The translations under genes were made by a program, and so were the position numbers. The notes beneath the pieces are model-generated. The model had not been told where the DNA came from. It did not search any database and was given only the letters and a program-made list of their open reading frames with translations. A DNA stretch of 58,396 nucleotides, counting the filler, from Sphacelaria rigidula (taxonomy: Eukaryota), in assembly GCA_964200075.2 (NCBI GenBank). It is 9 parts of 9 records of this genome, joined end to end, with 100 filler letters (N's around TTAATTAATTAA, not from the genome) between each part and the next. Parts side by side here need not be neighbours in the genome. Positions count along the whole stretch, not along the records: positions 32,501 to 38,899 come from CAXNAA020020312.1; positions 39,000 to 45,398 come from CAXNAA020020313.1; positions 45,499 to 51,897 come from CAXNAA020020314.1; 6 more parts are not named here. One strand, written 5' to 3'. The first letter of the stretch is position 1, and each line of letters opens with the position of its first letter. This document shows, piece after piece, positions 36,561 through 49,722 of the stretch.

Positions 36561-38529
36561 CAGATATCGTCAAATTTTGCCCACGTTTGTTTTGAGTCAT
36601 TACGCAACGTTCGAAGATCGAGTTTTTTTTTCGACTTTTCTACCGTTTTTCGGGGGTCCCAGGGTGTTGGCGGAAACTTAAATCCCGCCAGACCTCTGAA
36701 AAACGGTGAAAAAATGTCGAATAATAAAATCTCGTTCATCCACAGTCGCTTAGTGACCTATAGCGCATTTGTGCAAAGTTTCAGAGAATCACCTGGGGTC
36801 TACTGAGAGAACATTTTCGGACGCGGACCTCCCCCCCCCCTCCCTGAAGACAGTTTTTCGAAAATCATTTTTATTTTTTTATGCTGTTGCAAGCAATTGA
36901 TAAATAAACACTGACTAAAACCGAAAATTCTGGTGGCCTTTGCGGGGTACATATATTTGCTTCTGCTCTTTGCCCGCTCTGTCCCGATGACCTCAGATGC
37001 CGGCCACGCTCACACATCTGTACACGAGCACACGGTAGCGACAGCCTGTAGCCAACGTAGCAACATTATCTCACGCCTCGCCAAACTTGCCCGGACTACT
37101 GGTAAGTACTCGAGGCACACGGCATGCAATATGATCCCATGAATGTAACCATGGTAAGTGATGAGGTTGGGGAGGCGGCGTGTTCGCCATCTCAGCCGTG
37201 TTATGCCAAGGATCCCTGTAAACGGCAGCTGACCGCATCCGCCGACGCCTCGGCAATAAACTGGGGAACAGCAGGCTGGGTGTCGCCCTTCCCCCTTATC
37301 CCCCCCCCTCGAAAACTCAATTTTCGATCTTGGGACCTACGTGTCCCGAAATCTTCTCCCTGTAGACTCCTCTAACTCCTAGTAGCGGTGTGAAGTTTTG
37401 CGCGTTTGTGCGATGACTTGATCCTTTTGGGACTAAACCCCCACTAACACGGGGTTGACCATGTCTTCGTGAAATAATAGAAAATGAGTCAGGGAGCGAC
37501 CTGCCCAATCACGGCGAGGCGAAATTTACGACCAGAGCCGAACGACCAGCGCGGGGACTGTTGCCGAGTGTGATGTCACTGCAAAGATCGTTTGGGGACC
37601 CTATCCCTGGCCCAGATGAGCCTTCCCACGTTTCCAAAGCCAGGATGCTCGGCACATGGCTTATCGCATTACTTGCATTCAGTATAGCGTTCCCGGGATT
37701 TCCCGCGAGTTATGGGGGATCGCCAGCCTATGCTGAAGCGTAGTGAATACACGAACACAGGGTGGAGCGAGAACAACCGTCAAGGAGTGTACATTCTACC
37801 CTGTGGTCATTTCCACGAGGCTCTAAACCCAGGTAGGTCGTGGAAAGACAAGAGGAGCTGTTGTCATGAATTCTGCGTATCCCTCTGCCAATGCTTTGCG
37901 GTGTGCAGTTAGCATGTATGTAGTGGGCGGGGATGAACAAGCGGTGTACAGGCAGTTAATTTCGGTAGCTGAGAACTGCCCGGAACGTGCAAAGGAGTAT
38001 GCAGCGGCAGCTGTTGCCGCAATCGGAGAGGCGTACTGCACTGTACTTGTACCGTATGTATGCGCGTCGCAACGCTCATACCCTTCGAAGATAATTTGCC
38101 GCTTGCAACAAGGAGGGAAATGGCGACCCACACCGACCACAGAGGGCTATCTGGCAAGGTGATGGGGAAAATAATATCATCCAAAGCCACAAGTGGCGGG
38201 CGACCCGCCGGTCGTCCCATCCTGTTGAAAGCTCTCTACGGCGACCCATACTGAGTGCTACTTCAGATGTATATTACATAATGCGAACCCTGCACCTGAA
38301 AATAGATCGGACGAAAGTTTCGGCCTTCGTCATAACCCTGTGGTTTCATACGCGGATTTTCAGAAACATGTCACTGTTTCGTGCAGGCGACAGACGCGTC
38401 ATTCCTAATCAGCCTCATTGGTCGTTCTGGAGGCCCGGTCCCGAAAGGGTCAAGCTTGAAATGTGCCAACTCCGAACTACTTGGTTTCTGTATCAAAACG
38501 TCTTTTCTCATGAATGAAACGTATACTCT

Positions 38530-38760
38530 TAGACAGCGACCCCCCCTGCAGGTGGCCTGAGATGGACTATGTCACATATGGGGTTCAGAACAGCTCTTTT
38601 CTCGCTGCACGAAACTCCATTTTTCGTCTTCATGTGGATGCTGCGCATCTATATATAAAATAGTTCCGGAGACCCCCTGACCGGTTTGACCGTGCAGTCT
38701 AGCGTACAGAGTCAGTATGTGTGCGGTATGTCTCCGCTGGATGCAACGGCAAGAAGCAGT
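38530..38760. repeat. Dispersed repeat, inverted relative of about 46060-46300
   Basis: CTGAGATGGACTATGTCA here versus TGACATAGTCCATCTCAG, with flanking similarity. Confidence 0.7.
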
Positions 38761-38899
38761 TAGCGTGCCGTCGCTCTCCACTGAACACAATGCACTGCAT
38801 GGTGCTGGTGCCTTTGCTTAGTGTTCAACAATATACGAGCTGGGCCAGCCCAGAAACGGATTTAACCTGGCAGAGCAATATCTCATCACCGGAAACGAA

Positions 38900-38999
38900 N
38901 NNNNNNNNNNNNNNNNNNNNNNNNNNNNNNNNNNNNNNNNNNNTTAATTAATTAANNNNNNNNNNNNNNNNNNNNNNNNNNNNNNNNNNNNNNNNNNNN
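38900..38999. other. Artificial contig linker
   Basis: Identical 100-nt linker. Confidence 0.98.
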
Positions 39000-40245
39000 C
39001 AAGACAGATATGCCACTTCAGCCCCATATTTTGTTTGAACCCCAAAATATAAAATCGGCTGTTAATGGGTACTGGAGCAGAGATGGCTTGATCTAGAGAC
39101 CACGGACTCGTCCCGAGGAAGGAGAGGGGTTTAACGTGCGACACATGAATGAATGAAATGGCGTTCTCTGAAATCGCGCCTCGATCCATCTGGCTACCGG
39201 GACAGGTAATCGAATCGGTATCATTTACCACCGGAAGTAGATGTGACCGAATGACAAACCTTAGCGGTCAAATGGTCAACGCGTGACAGCATGTGTGGGT
39301 CACCTAGGTCTTTTACTCATCAATTAAGTCAACACGATGCCGACTCAACACATGTCCTACCCTGGCCGTAGACGGGTAAGCTTATTGACTTGCCTGGAAC
39401 GGTCGAGCACGCCCATCCCTTGCAGACAACTATAATATAAATATATTCGAAACATATGACACGTGTATCATTTACCACAAGCTATGTTTGTTACAATGAA
39501 CTCAAGAGTCGTGTCGGATGCACCGCAGGAGCGGAATATGCGCAAAATGGAGGGTTATGGCAAAAGAAACGGCCGGGGAACCGTGCATTTGATTAATGCC
39601 GCACAAACTACAAGGGGGGGGGCGTACTCATTTGTTGCTTGCCTTAGTCATTTGACCATTGACCACGCATCCCTTTCGAGACGGAGCAAACTACAAGGGA
39701 TGGAAAAAAGGCGTTATTGATGGTTGGGTACAAAGGGCGGGATACAGGTGTTGTACCAAAGATGGGTAGCATGTCAACATGTTTTCAACGCAGTGTGTCG
39801 CTCGAATCACGAGCATGTAGCATGTAACATGCAACAACCAAACTCCTGTACAAATCAACAGTCAAGTTGAGGATGGGAATCGTGACCTCTTTCGTTCGAC
39901 CGGTGTACAGGTATCAAAAGCTCCTTCCAAAATGACCGCATCGACAGCAGTGCCTGGATTCGAACCCTTATCCCTCCTCCCTAACCTCAAGAATCTACAT
40001 GTGCTATCTCAAGCGCCAGGGCGCGGTAACAGTATCATTCGATCAATTGAATCACACAGGTGATCAGGGTGGGGGGGGGGGACTGTCCAGTTGTCACGTA
40101 TCGCTCCCGACCTTCCAAAATGCAAAAAACACTAAAATGAAGGGCACATAGATACCGAATAGCTACTTCCGAGCAACACATCCATCGCCCCCGAATAACT
40201 CTTGAAACCGAAGGAGTTGAAAATGTAGCAACCAACCAACAGCCA

Positions 40246-40592
40246 GTCGCCCCGGTGGCTAAGTTGGTAACCTCGTTACCTCCCGACGGTTGGGTCGTGC
40301 GTTCGAACCTTGGAGCCATCTGGGATTCTTCCTCACACATGCCCAACAGTGGAGAGCGACAATGTCTCCACTTGACGGGTGATGATGGAGGAGGACTGCT
40401 AACCCCTTCTCGCGACAAATAAATGAAGACAGACACCGTAGAAGAAAGGTGGAGAACCCTTATGCAACAAATCAAACAGAGAAAAACAATCTGTGTTGGC
40501 TTTCCTCCTGTGTGACCCCGGCTGGTGCGTCCACATATACCGAAAGGTGTAGACCGACGTCCAGAATAAATTGGATAACACACAACACACAA
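40246..40592 (+). mobile_element. tRNA-derived SINE family A, copy 2
   Basis: A box TGGCTAAGTTGG, B box GTTCGAACC, same body, CA-rich tail. Confidence 0.75.
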
Positions 40593-40841
40593 CCAACGAT
40601 CAATGAACAAAAAGCCAATTTGTTCATTGAAATATCATTTGATAGACATCTCCTCGGTCTCTTCTCTCGTTCGTTATGGGTAGCAGGTCCTTAGCGCTGG
40701 CATTTGGGATGCTATGGATAGTGTCATTTCAAAGAAACACACATACACAGAAAATGTTTCCCACCGAAGTTTCTGGTGAAAAATCACAAGTCCGATAGTC
40801 ACACTCTGTCTGAAACAGCTAATCAAAGACTACACTTGATC

Positions 40842-41207
40842 GGTCGCCGCGGTGGCTCAGTTGGTGACCTCGGAACCTCCCGACGGTTGGGTCGTGAGTT
40901 CAAATCTCGGAGCGATCTGGGATTCTTCCTCACACCATGCCCAACAGTGGACAGCGACCATGTTGTGGGTACGCAATATTCGACTTCACGGTCGACGAGG
41001 GAAAGGGACTGCTGAACCCCTCTCGCGATTATAAAAAAAGAGGCAAGCACGCGAGAGGAAGGTAGGGAGATAAAATGAAAAATAAATGCTCCTGGGTCGA
41101 CCTTCCTTCTGTGTGATCCCGGGTGGTGCGCCCACAGACACCGAAAGGTGTAGACCGGCGTCCAGAATGGATGGGACGACGACACACACACACACACACA
41201 CACACAC
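40842..41207 (+). mobile_element. tRNA-derived SINE family A, copy 3
   Basis: A box TGGCTCAGTTGG, B box GTTCAAATC, same body, pure (CA)n tail. Confidence 0.8.
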
Positions 41208-44200
41208 TCGAGTCCGCTGGTCCAAAAACACATTAAATGTGACCGCAGAGTCAGGAAGCCAGAGCGCAACCTTTGCACTACTCGGCGTGCTCAGCGTCAC
41301 GCGCTGTAGGTAGCAAACGTGGAAAAGGGGGGCCAAAGGATCCAGATCTTGATTCGAATCAGTTTACTGATAGAGCAAATTTCAGACGGGTTATGATCTG
41401 CCCGACGTGTGTAAAACTTGGACCGACTGTGCCCATTTGACATTATTTTCCTTGGATCTGCCTATTTTCCGCGGATTTCATCTGTGCAAAGCAGCAAGTA
41501 ATCACTCGAACACGCTCCGTCGAGGCATAGGTGGCGCAGCTTGAAGAATAACAAAGCGGTATCAAGAGCTCTTCCCGCGTTTTTGAATACAATCCGCCGT
41601 TTCTCCGCACTTTCCATTGCCTCGACTTCGTGTCCAAATAGTGGCGGCTACAAGCCAATTTCGGGTTATGAATGTTCGTCGTCCGTTCGGCTGCCTAAAG
41701 GAATTGGCAGCCTTGCACAAAAACCAAAGGAATTTGACGCAAAAAACGCCCCAAGAATGCGGCGAAGAACGGCATGAGCTTGGACACCGTCAACAGCCCG
41801 TGCGTACAATCACGACCACCCAGACTCATGAGACATATGTATTGATGAAATATACCTAGCCTCAAACTTCAAGACAGAGCCTTTCACGTTTGTCCACCGC
41901 CTCAATTCAACTCCATTTTCATTTCCACCGATTCATTGTTCGCGGTGTATCGTATCAACGGGTTCCAGAGAAGCGAACTCGAAGTACGTCACGGTACTCG
42001 ACAACCGAACGATACATTTTATTGATATGAATGACGAGACTTCAGGTAAAGCAGATAGATTCCATACACCGTGGAGCGCAGTGTGTGTAGCCCTCTGCTC
42101 CACAACTCGTCGAAAAACAAGGGCAGTGACAGCTCCAAGTAACAGCCTGTCAGGATCTTGCGCCAAACGAGAAAGGATGACAGATATGGGTGCGCCTGAC
42201 CCCCCCATAGGAGCCCAAAAAGTGTCACCGACCAAAAGCACGAACAGACACGAACTGACCGACTTCCGGGCCTTATCTAGGCTCGTGGAGTAAAATGCGC
42301 CTTACGTCATCGGAAGAGAATGGCATGGATCCGAAATTCATATCGAAAAAAAGTGGACTGCCGTCTTGAACCAGAACCCTACCGTTATTTCGATATTTTC
42401 GTCGTTCCTCATATATTCCTTGTCACTGCGTCACCTTTCGTCCACGCTTGCGATACTCTGGCATGCAAGGAGGCTGATTGGGTTGAACCAAGCCAACGCA
42501 CACCGAGAACACTCGGGCAAGGGCGGTACGTACACTCCCCGAAGAAAATGAGGCCTTGGTAAAACCCAAATCGGCTTCTGCGGCGCAGCTTTCAATGAAA
42601 ACGCGTTATGCGCAGTCGAGGAGTACACGGGACTGTCAGCGCTACTAAAATTCTGATTCTCGTAGTGAACGTGGTAAGTGAAACCAGCAAGCTGAACCAT
42701 TTTTGGGCGGATCAAAGTTGTCAACATGATGTGCTCAACATAAGACAAAGCCATATATACCGATAAACTTCAGCGAGGTCGGTCCTTACACAGACGAGTG
42801 GAGTGCAAATAGTTACCGGGTGTGTAATGTGGGCAGGGCGGGTGTTGGTCCACCACCTCGTAATGGTTTGAGGAGCTTCGTTTATCGGCTGCCATGATTT
42901 CACAACTCTTGTCGGACGAATGACTCGCGTTTCAAAGTGTATTTATTGTTCCGTGGCCATGGCTTTTAATTTGATGAATATGAAATCAATTAGCTCTTTG
43001 ACCGCGACGGTTTGGTCACAGGCTGAATCGGCATCATTTTTTCCTTGAAGTGAGGAAACATGATCCAGAAGGACTACCCTCGCGGTTTAGGGGCTCATCG
43101 GACTCCAAAGATGTTTTGCAAGAGGGAATGAAAACAAACGGTCGTCCGCCACCCACCATTGTCGCTACATAGGAGGCGTGTCTTAGGATGGGTGGGTCCG
43201 CTGAAAGACATGGTTGGGGCTTCGGTGCCATGTGGCTTCAGCGAAAGTGGGCCATCGACTTCGTGTCGTCTTGGCGCAGTATACTTCTCCATTTGAGAGC
43301 ATGAGTCAATCAATCTTGATCTTGGTGTGAAAACCGAAATCTGGATCTTTCAGGGGGGCTGTGCTCCTACCATTCTACTAGCGTCCCTAAGCGCGTTCTT
43401 GTCTCAGGCGGCGCCTGGGGCACCGATTTGAGGTCTGGCAACGCACCCTTCGCCTACGAAACATGTTGCACCCGCCTTGCTCGATGGTTCTCGGTATGCC
43501 TTCGTTAGGGCCAGTGTTATAATTTGTTCTCTCCGCTGCTCAGAGGTCGCGACGATAATCGTTTCTTTTGGGGGCTCGGTCAGAGGTTCAAGTTCTGCAA
43601 CATTCCAAATATCCGATGTATCAACCATCTGCACTATCACGAGTGTCATCTATTCCGAGGCCGTTACAAAGGGGTGGGGGCTTCGCGTTTTGTGAAGACC
43701 GGCGAGGGTTGGGGGTGCGTGTTTGCCGATTACAGCTCCATCTGTCTAAGAGAATACTCCTCGCCGCGGCCGTCGATTGGGATGCGAGGTTTTGCATCAT
43801 CTGCGCCAAGACGACAGCTGCAATCATACAGGTTGAACTCTTTTGGTTCGTCAGGATGGGAGGTTTATAATGTATTATGTGAAAAACACGTGGGTTTTTG
43901 GCGATTTTCTCGATCACCGTAACGTCTGAGGTAAAAAGAATCGGTACAATTGTAGCTTGGACAAATACTCGCCGGTGAGTAGCCGAGCCACGCCGTCGTT
44001 CGTCCTCCCTACTCAAACCACGGGTAATTTGAGAGATTTTGCGGCGTGCGTATTCAGAGGATGAACGTCATCTCCAGTCTGTTCGTGCTTTTGGTCGGTG
44101 ACACTTTTTTGGCTCATTTCGGGGGGTCAGGCGCATCTGTGACAGTGAAACACCATTTTTTGCGAATAAATAAATCGACGTTCCAAGCTTTATCACCCGT

Positions 44201-45398
44201 GGGTGATCATAATATATATATGTATATATACCGCCATCTACAGTACACAGGGCGACCACGATCCAAGGAGGGGCAGTTATCTCCATTTCCCTCCGCTATA
44301 TTCGTGGTTGTCCGTCGTAAACCTTCCAAGTTCTCTATGTGGAAGCACAATCATCGTGACTGGTGCACATGTCGTCCTTTTCACTCGTAACTCCAGGCAC
44401 ACGGTAGCTGATCGATTTGAGGACATTTTGCGCACTTCCACGTCGAGATGTCTTGTAATCAGAGCCAAGAGGACCGGCAAGTGTGTGGCATTCGCATGTG
44501 CAACCGCCACATGGGCGTGAACGGTCGAGTCGTGAGACGAATGATTCATGGATGAAAACTGGGTTTCAAGCAGTCATGTTGTTCTCCATATTTATCCCTC
44601 ATCCAGTTTGCGATATATTTCACAGTCTCGTCATCATGTCGATTTATACGCACGTTTGTGTTTACGAACGAAGGTGGTTACAGTGCTCTATTTCAATCGC
44701 CGGTTTCCAACCCCACGGGTCCGATACACAATAACATAATGCTGCGGTATGACCAATAGCTGAACATATTATTTTGCAAGGAAGTGACCGTAATAGCTAT
44801 AATATCAATCATTGTGTTGTTCCTGCATGCTGCCCAAAAGTGGTTTTGCTTCATTTCAAACATGCTGTATTTCATGTCCATCACTTCCAGTTGTACTCTC
44901 AACCAGCACGTGTCGTGAGACATATTTCATATTTCGTCACACACCGCGTAGGTGCACTTTTTCTCGGGGTGGGGGTGGTTGTTCCGAACTTCAAAAACAA
45001 AGGCAAATGTCTCGTCCCCAGGTGAGGACATGTGTGGTCTCTCCTTTTCTTTTCGCTCATTCCTCGCCTCGTCATGCCCGAACATCCAAGATATTATATT
45101 CGCTTTTCCGTCGGGCGCGTACTCCTCATGAGAAGAGCGAGGGAGGGGGGGGGGAGGGTGAACTGACACTGGATTTGGAAAGCTCGTGGACTCTGCCCGA
45201 GGGCTCTTCGGTTCTTCTATAAGCAAAAGCAATGATCTAACCTGGGAGTTACTGCCCTTTTCGTTTTCAACGCGATAACCAACGTGTTGATTTCAGAGTA
45301 CTTTGCGGTGAAAGCTTCCCGTCATCAATACCCCGGGGGATTTTGTTTCCTTGCCTCATGGGTATCTCACCATCTTGGAGAGGAGCGGGGGGGAGGGG

Positions 45399-45498
45399 NN
45401 NNNNNNNNNNNNNNNNNNNNNNNNNNNNNNNNNNNNNNNNNNTTAATTAATTAANNNNNNNNNNNNNNNNNNNNNNNNNNNNNNNNNNNNNNNNNNNN
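45399..45498. other. Artificial contig linker
   Basis: Identical 100-nt linker. Confidence 0.98.
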
Positions 45499-45530
45499 CG
45501 GTACGGCAAACTTCATCGCACAAAGGCCAA

Positions 45531-45795
45531 AAACTTCACGCCGTTTCAAGGAGTTGGATCCTGAAGTTTTGCACAACTATGCTTTGGAACATTACGCAAC
45601 TTTGCAGGAACGGGTTTTTTTTATTTTTGTTTTTGTTACCGTTTCACGGGGGTCCGATTGGGTCGAGGTTTCCCCCGACAAACGGTGAAAAAAGTCAAGA
45701 AGTCGAAAAACACCCTTCCTGCAAAGTTGCGTAATGACCCATAAAACATTCGTGCAAAATTTCAGGGTCTAACTCCTTACAACGGCGTGAAGTTT
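45531..45795. mobile_element. MITE-like palindrome; a degenerate relative lies at about 36570-36790
   Basis: AAACTTCACGCCGTT...ATTACGCAACTTTGCAGGAA is mirrored by TTCCTGCAAAGTTGCGTAAT...AACGGCGTGAAGTTT. Confidence 0.75.
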
Positions 45796-47051
45796 CGCCG
45801 ATGGGTGTTTTTTGGGTGATATGCGTGGACCAGCCTGTAGAGATGAACTTCTTCGCTGTCTAGCCATATTTCTCATTTTGGTTTGATAGTTCAACCGCAA
45901 ATTACATGGGCACAACTGACGCTCTTTTTTCTTTGCTCGTGGTGTATACCGCCTGCCTGACCCCTCATGCATGTGTTGCCTGCGTAGCTTCACACTGTAG
46001 TGTTCTGGAACACGAAGGCAGACATCAGCAGCATGCAGTAGACTGTGTTCAGTGGACGGCGATGGCACGCTGACTATTTTTTCTCATGTATCCAGCGAAG
46101 GCACACTGCTCAACATACTGACTGCACGCAATAGACTGCAGGCCCACAACTTGTCAGGGGTTCTATGGGACTATTTTTATGTAGATGCCGAACATCCATA
46201 TGTTCATGAAAAAAGCATTTTGTGTAGCGGTGAAAGAGCGGTTCTAAGATCCTGATATGACATAGTCCATCTCAGTCCATCTGGGAGGGGGTCGCTGTTA
46301 AGGATAACGATTTTCCTCCGTAGCGCAAAAAAAAACATTTTCACGGGAGAAAGGTTGGACTCCGGATAGTCTGAAACAAATGAGCGCAAAATTGTTTCAC
46401 CCATGTTTTATTCTGAGAAGAGAAAGAAAATGTCCAGCACACAGATTCTAGAAACACCTTTGGACAATTTAATTTTCCCACGGGGAATGTACTGTTCACG
46501 CCGGTTCACAAGCTGCAGTACCGACCGAAAAATCGGCCGTGTTCTTATGTCCTACCTGCACATTACTGTATGACCCGGGTTGCGATTGCCTACAAATTTC
46601 TTGCCCCATCCAAAATCTCTGCATGTACACCCTGGCGTGCCGATCGCAAAACCGGCCTGAGCAACGTATATTTTCTATTAAGAGCACATACATCAAGTCT
46701 AACCGTGGAGCAGAATGATATCGCTCCTTGTATGTGTTTTATGCGCTAAAAGGCAGGCTCAATCCAATTCGAGCTTCCAATTCTTTACCGAAATCACGAT
46801 ATCCATTTCACGCCCCCCCGCGAAAACTTCACGGTATATTTTAATAATCGTTATGGCACCTTTGTGCCCTATTTGGCAATACAGACTTGCCATCCGTAGA
46901 GCTGTGCATATCGGACCACGGTCGCTGAGGCTGCTTCAAGACCTGTCAGGGTGGGTGATGAGCTGACGTGTGCCGTATTCGGCCTGTGTGAACTTCCCCC
47001 GGAGGGAAAGAGCGCCGAACTATTCGTCCATCTGCTATAACGGACAAAGAA

Positions 47052-47372
47052 ATGTTTGCATTGCCATCATCTACCCATCCTGCAACACGGGTGGTCACAT
47101 ACATTATCAACAATTCGACGTGTGAGATTGTAAATGAAAGCGCTCACGGCGCATTCCGCTCAGTTCTCACCTCTGAACGATCCGTGCTTGCTGATGTGCA
47201 AGTGCAAGGCAATGTGGCCTCGTCCCCGCTCATCGCCACGGGGGACATGGTGGTGTTCTTCGAGGGGCGAGAGGCGATTGGGTTCGACCGAATGAAAAGC
47301 AAGGCTATTTGGCAGTGCAGGCACGGAGCGTTCCACCATGACGACATGCTCGGGAAACCCTTCGGCTCGAGG
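47052..47372 (+). CDS. TRMT61A: tRNA (adenine58-N1)-methyltransferase catalytic subunit, exon 1 (start uncertain)
   Basis: ORF reads ...IATGDMVVFFEGREAIGFDRMKSKAIWQCRHGAFHHDDMLGKPFGSR, matching the Trm61/Gcd14 N-terminal domain. Donor AGG|gtaagg at 47372/3, phase 0. The 5' boundary is simply the first ATG of the ORF. Confidence 0.8.
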
Positions 47373-47869
47373 GTAAGGATTGAATGGAAAATATTGACTC
47401 CATCAGAGAAGGGAGTCTAGTATCGCAAGAGGGGTAAATATTCAGTCTGAAGTTGATGCGGTTTTAGTGGTGGCCTTCGTATACGTTATAGTTTCGTCTT
47501 CCGCCTTGACTCCTCAACACCCGTTCAGAGACAATGCCCTCACCAACAGGAGACATGTGCGCTCGACTAACTTGATGCTTGGGGTTAAAATCGTATGTGT
47601 GTACGGGAAAAAAGGGGGTTTTGAGTGGGATGTCGATCTCTTGTATGCCTCCAACGGTAGCTGGCTGTGGAGGAAGCTCGGATTTTGTTACCTTCTAAGC
47701 TTGTCTTTTTCTGTATGTTCCTTTCATATGGTTCCTACCGTTGCTGCCGCTCCTGCTGCCCATGGTGATGAATACGGCGATGATGATGATGATGATGATG
47801 ATGAAAGTGAAGACTGTGACAATTCCATCCGCTGACGAATGCGCATATGTGGCTATGTGGCTGTCGCAG

Positions 47870-47965
47870 GTCTACTCTCGCACCAGCAAGGGCTTTGTGC
47901 ACACACTCTCCCCAACTCCGGAGTTGTGGTCCCACGTCGTGCCCAACCGAACCCAGATAGTTCAG
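47870..47965 (+). CDS. TRMT61A: TRM61 exon 2
   Basis: gtcgcag|GTC ... CAG|gtaatt, 96 nt. VYSRTSKGFVHTLSPTPELWSHVVPNRTQIVQ contains the Trm61 PTPELW...RTQI motif. Confidence 0.95.
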
Positions 47966-48087
47966 GTAATTTTCCTACGGCTCCTATCGGGGTTTCTTGT
48001 TTTAGGGTTGCTTTTCTGCCCATGAGCCGTGTTGACCTGGATGTCATTGTCTCTGCACTGGCATAATCTCCTGCACTAATGCCACAG

Positions 48088-48180
48088 GACTTCGACCAGA
48101 GTATCGTCATATTCCGTCTGAACCTCAAGCCTGGGGACGTGGTGGTAGAGTCGGGCACGGGCAGCGGCGTCATGTCTTCG
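48088..48180 (+). CDS. TRMT61A: TRM61 exon 3 (SAM-binding motif I)
   Basis: ccacag|GAC ... TCG|gtgagc, 93 nt. DFDQSIVIFRLNLKPGDVVVESGTGSGVMSS carries the ESGTGSG motif. Not in the supplied ORF track; translated by hand. Confidence 0.95.
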
Positions 48181-48487
48181 GTGAGCATCCTTGCGCTCTT
48201 GGTATTCCCAAGTTTAACTCGACCATAAAGCAAAGGGGGATATGTCGGTCTTCCATTGTAGACCGGACTCTCCGTGTGCGTACTCCACGGCAGTCGGAAC
48301 CCCATTTTGGTCTGGCGTGCGTTTCGCGTGCCTTCGGCGTGCCGGGCAGTGAAAAACCACAAACATGGTATGAGGGGGACTGCAACACCATATTGTCAGG
48401 AGAGCGTTGCTGCATGTGTCTTTTGTTCGTGTAAGTGTCTCCGATGGGTGACTGTCTTGTTCCTCTTGTCCGTTGCTGTATGTGCAG

Positions 48488-48590
48488 TCCATTATGCGCA
48501 CAATTGCGCCGACGGGTTTTCTTCACTCGTTCGAGTTCAACGAGGTCAGGGCAACAAGAGCACAGGAAGAATTCGAAGAAAATGGCCTGG
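48488..48590 (+). CDS. TRMT61A: TRM61 exon 4
   Basis: gtgcag|TCC ... CTG G|gtgagt, 103 nt, phase 0 to 1. SIMRTIAPTGFLHSFEFNEVRATRAQEEFEENGL. Confidence 0.95.
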
Positions 48591-48867
48591 GTGAGTGCGC
48601 GCTTTCTAGGCTAAAGTGTACATGAGCCACCACGCTATCATGTGTCATTGCGGTTGCATATTGGTGCATGTGATGGCTTCTCCCCGAGGTTCGCTCCTCA
48701 GGCCGTAATCACGCCTCAGTGACGATCACATTGCCGTTATGTTGCGGATTCAAGCAGAAGCCACTGGCTCTCAACACTCAATCATGGTCTTTCTGCGGAG
48801 CTGTTGCTTCAAGCCATCGTACGATGATAAGAGAGCGCATGGGGACAACGCGACATGGCAAGGGTGA

Positions 48868-49290
<423 letters not shown>

Positions 49291-49722
49291 TAGTCTTCAA
49301 GCTGCGACTGCAGCTGGCACACACCTCGATTGCTCTCAACGTATTGATATAATGGATCATGATATTGTAGTGTGCGGACATGATTTTCCACCCCGGTAAG
49401 AGAGTCGAGATCTTCCGCTGCCCAACGGTTTCAAAATAGTTCAGATCGCTTGCTCTGAGGTTTCCGTACCCATGCGTAGATAGAATGCTTTTTGACTCTG
49501 TGGTGCTATACCTTGCGTGACTTCCCACCTACTTCCTCTGGACAGAGCAGCATTCGTTATTACAACCGAGCGAAGCGAATAGATACTTCAATGCGGTATC
49601 AAAGTTCGAATGCTGTCCCATTTACGAGTAGGTACCCGTTTGTTTCTACTCGTTTTTCATTCTGCCCTCACCCCCGATGCGCTTCCAACAGCCCAAGCTC
49701 TTTCGTGCTCTTGCTTCCGTAG

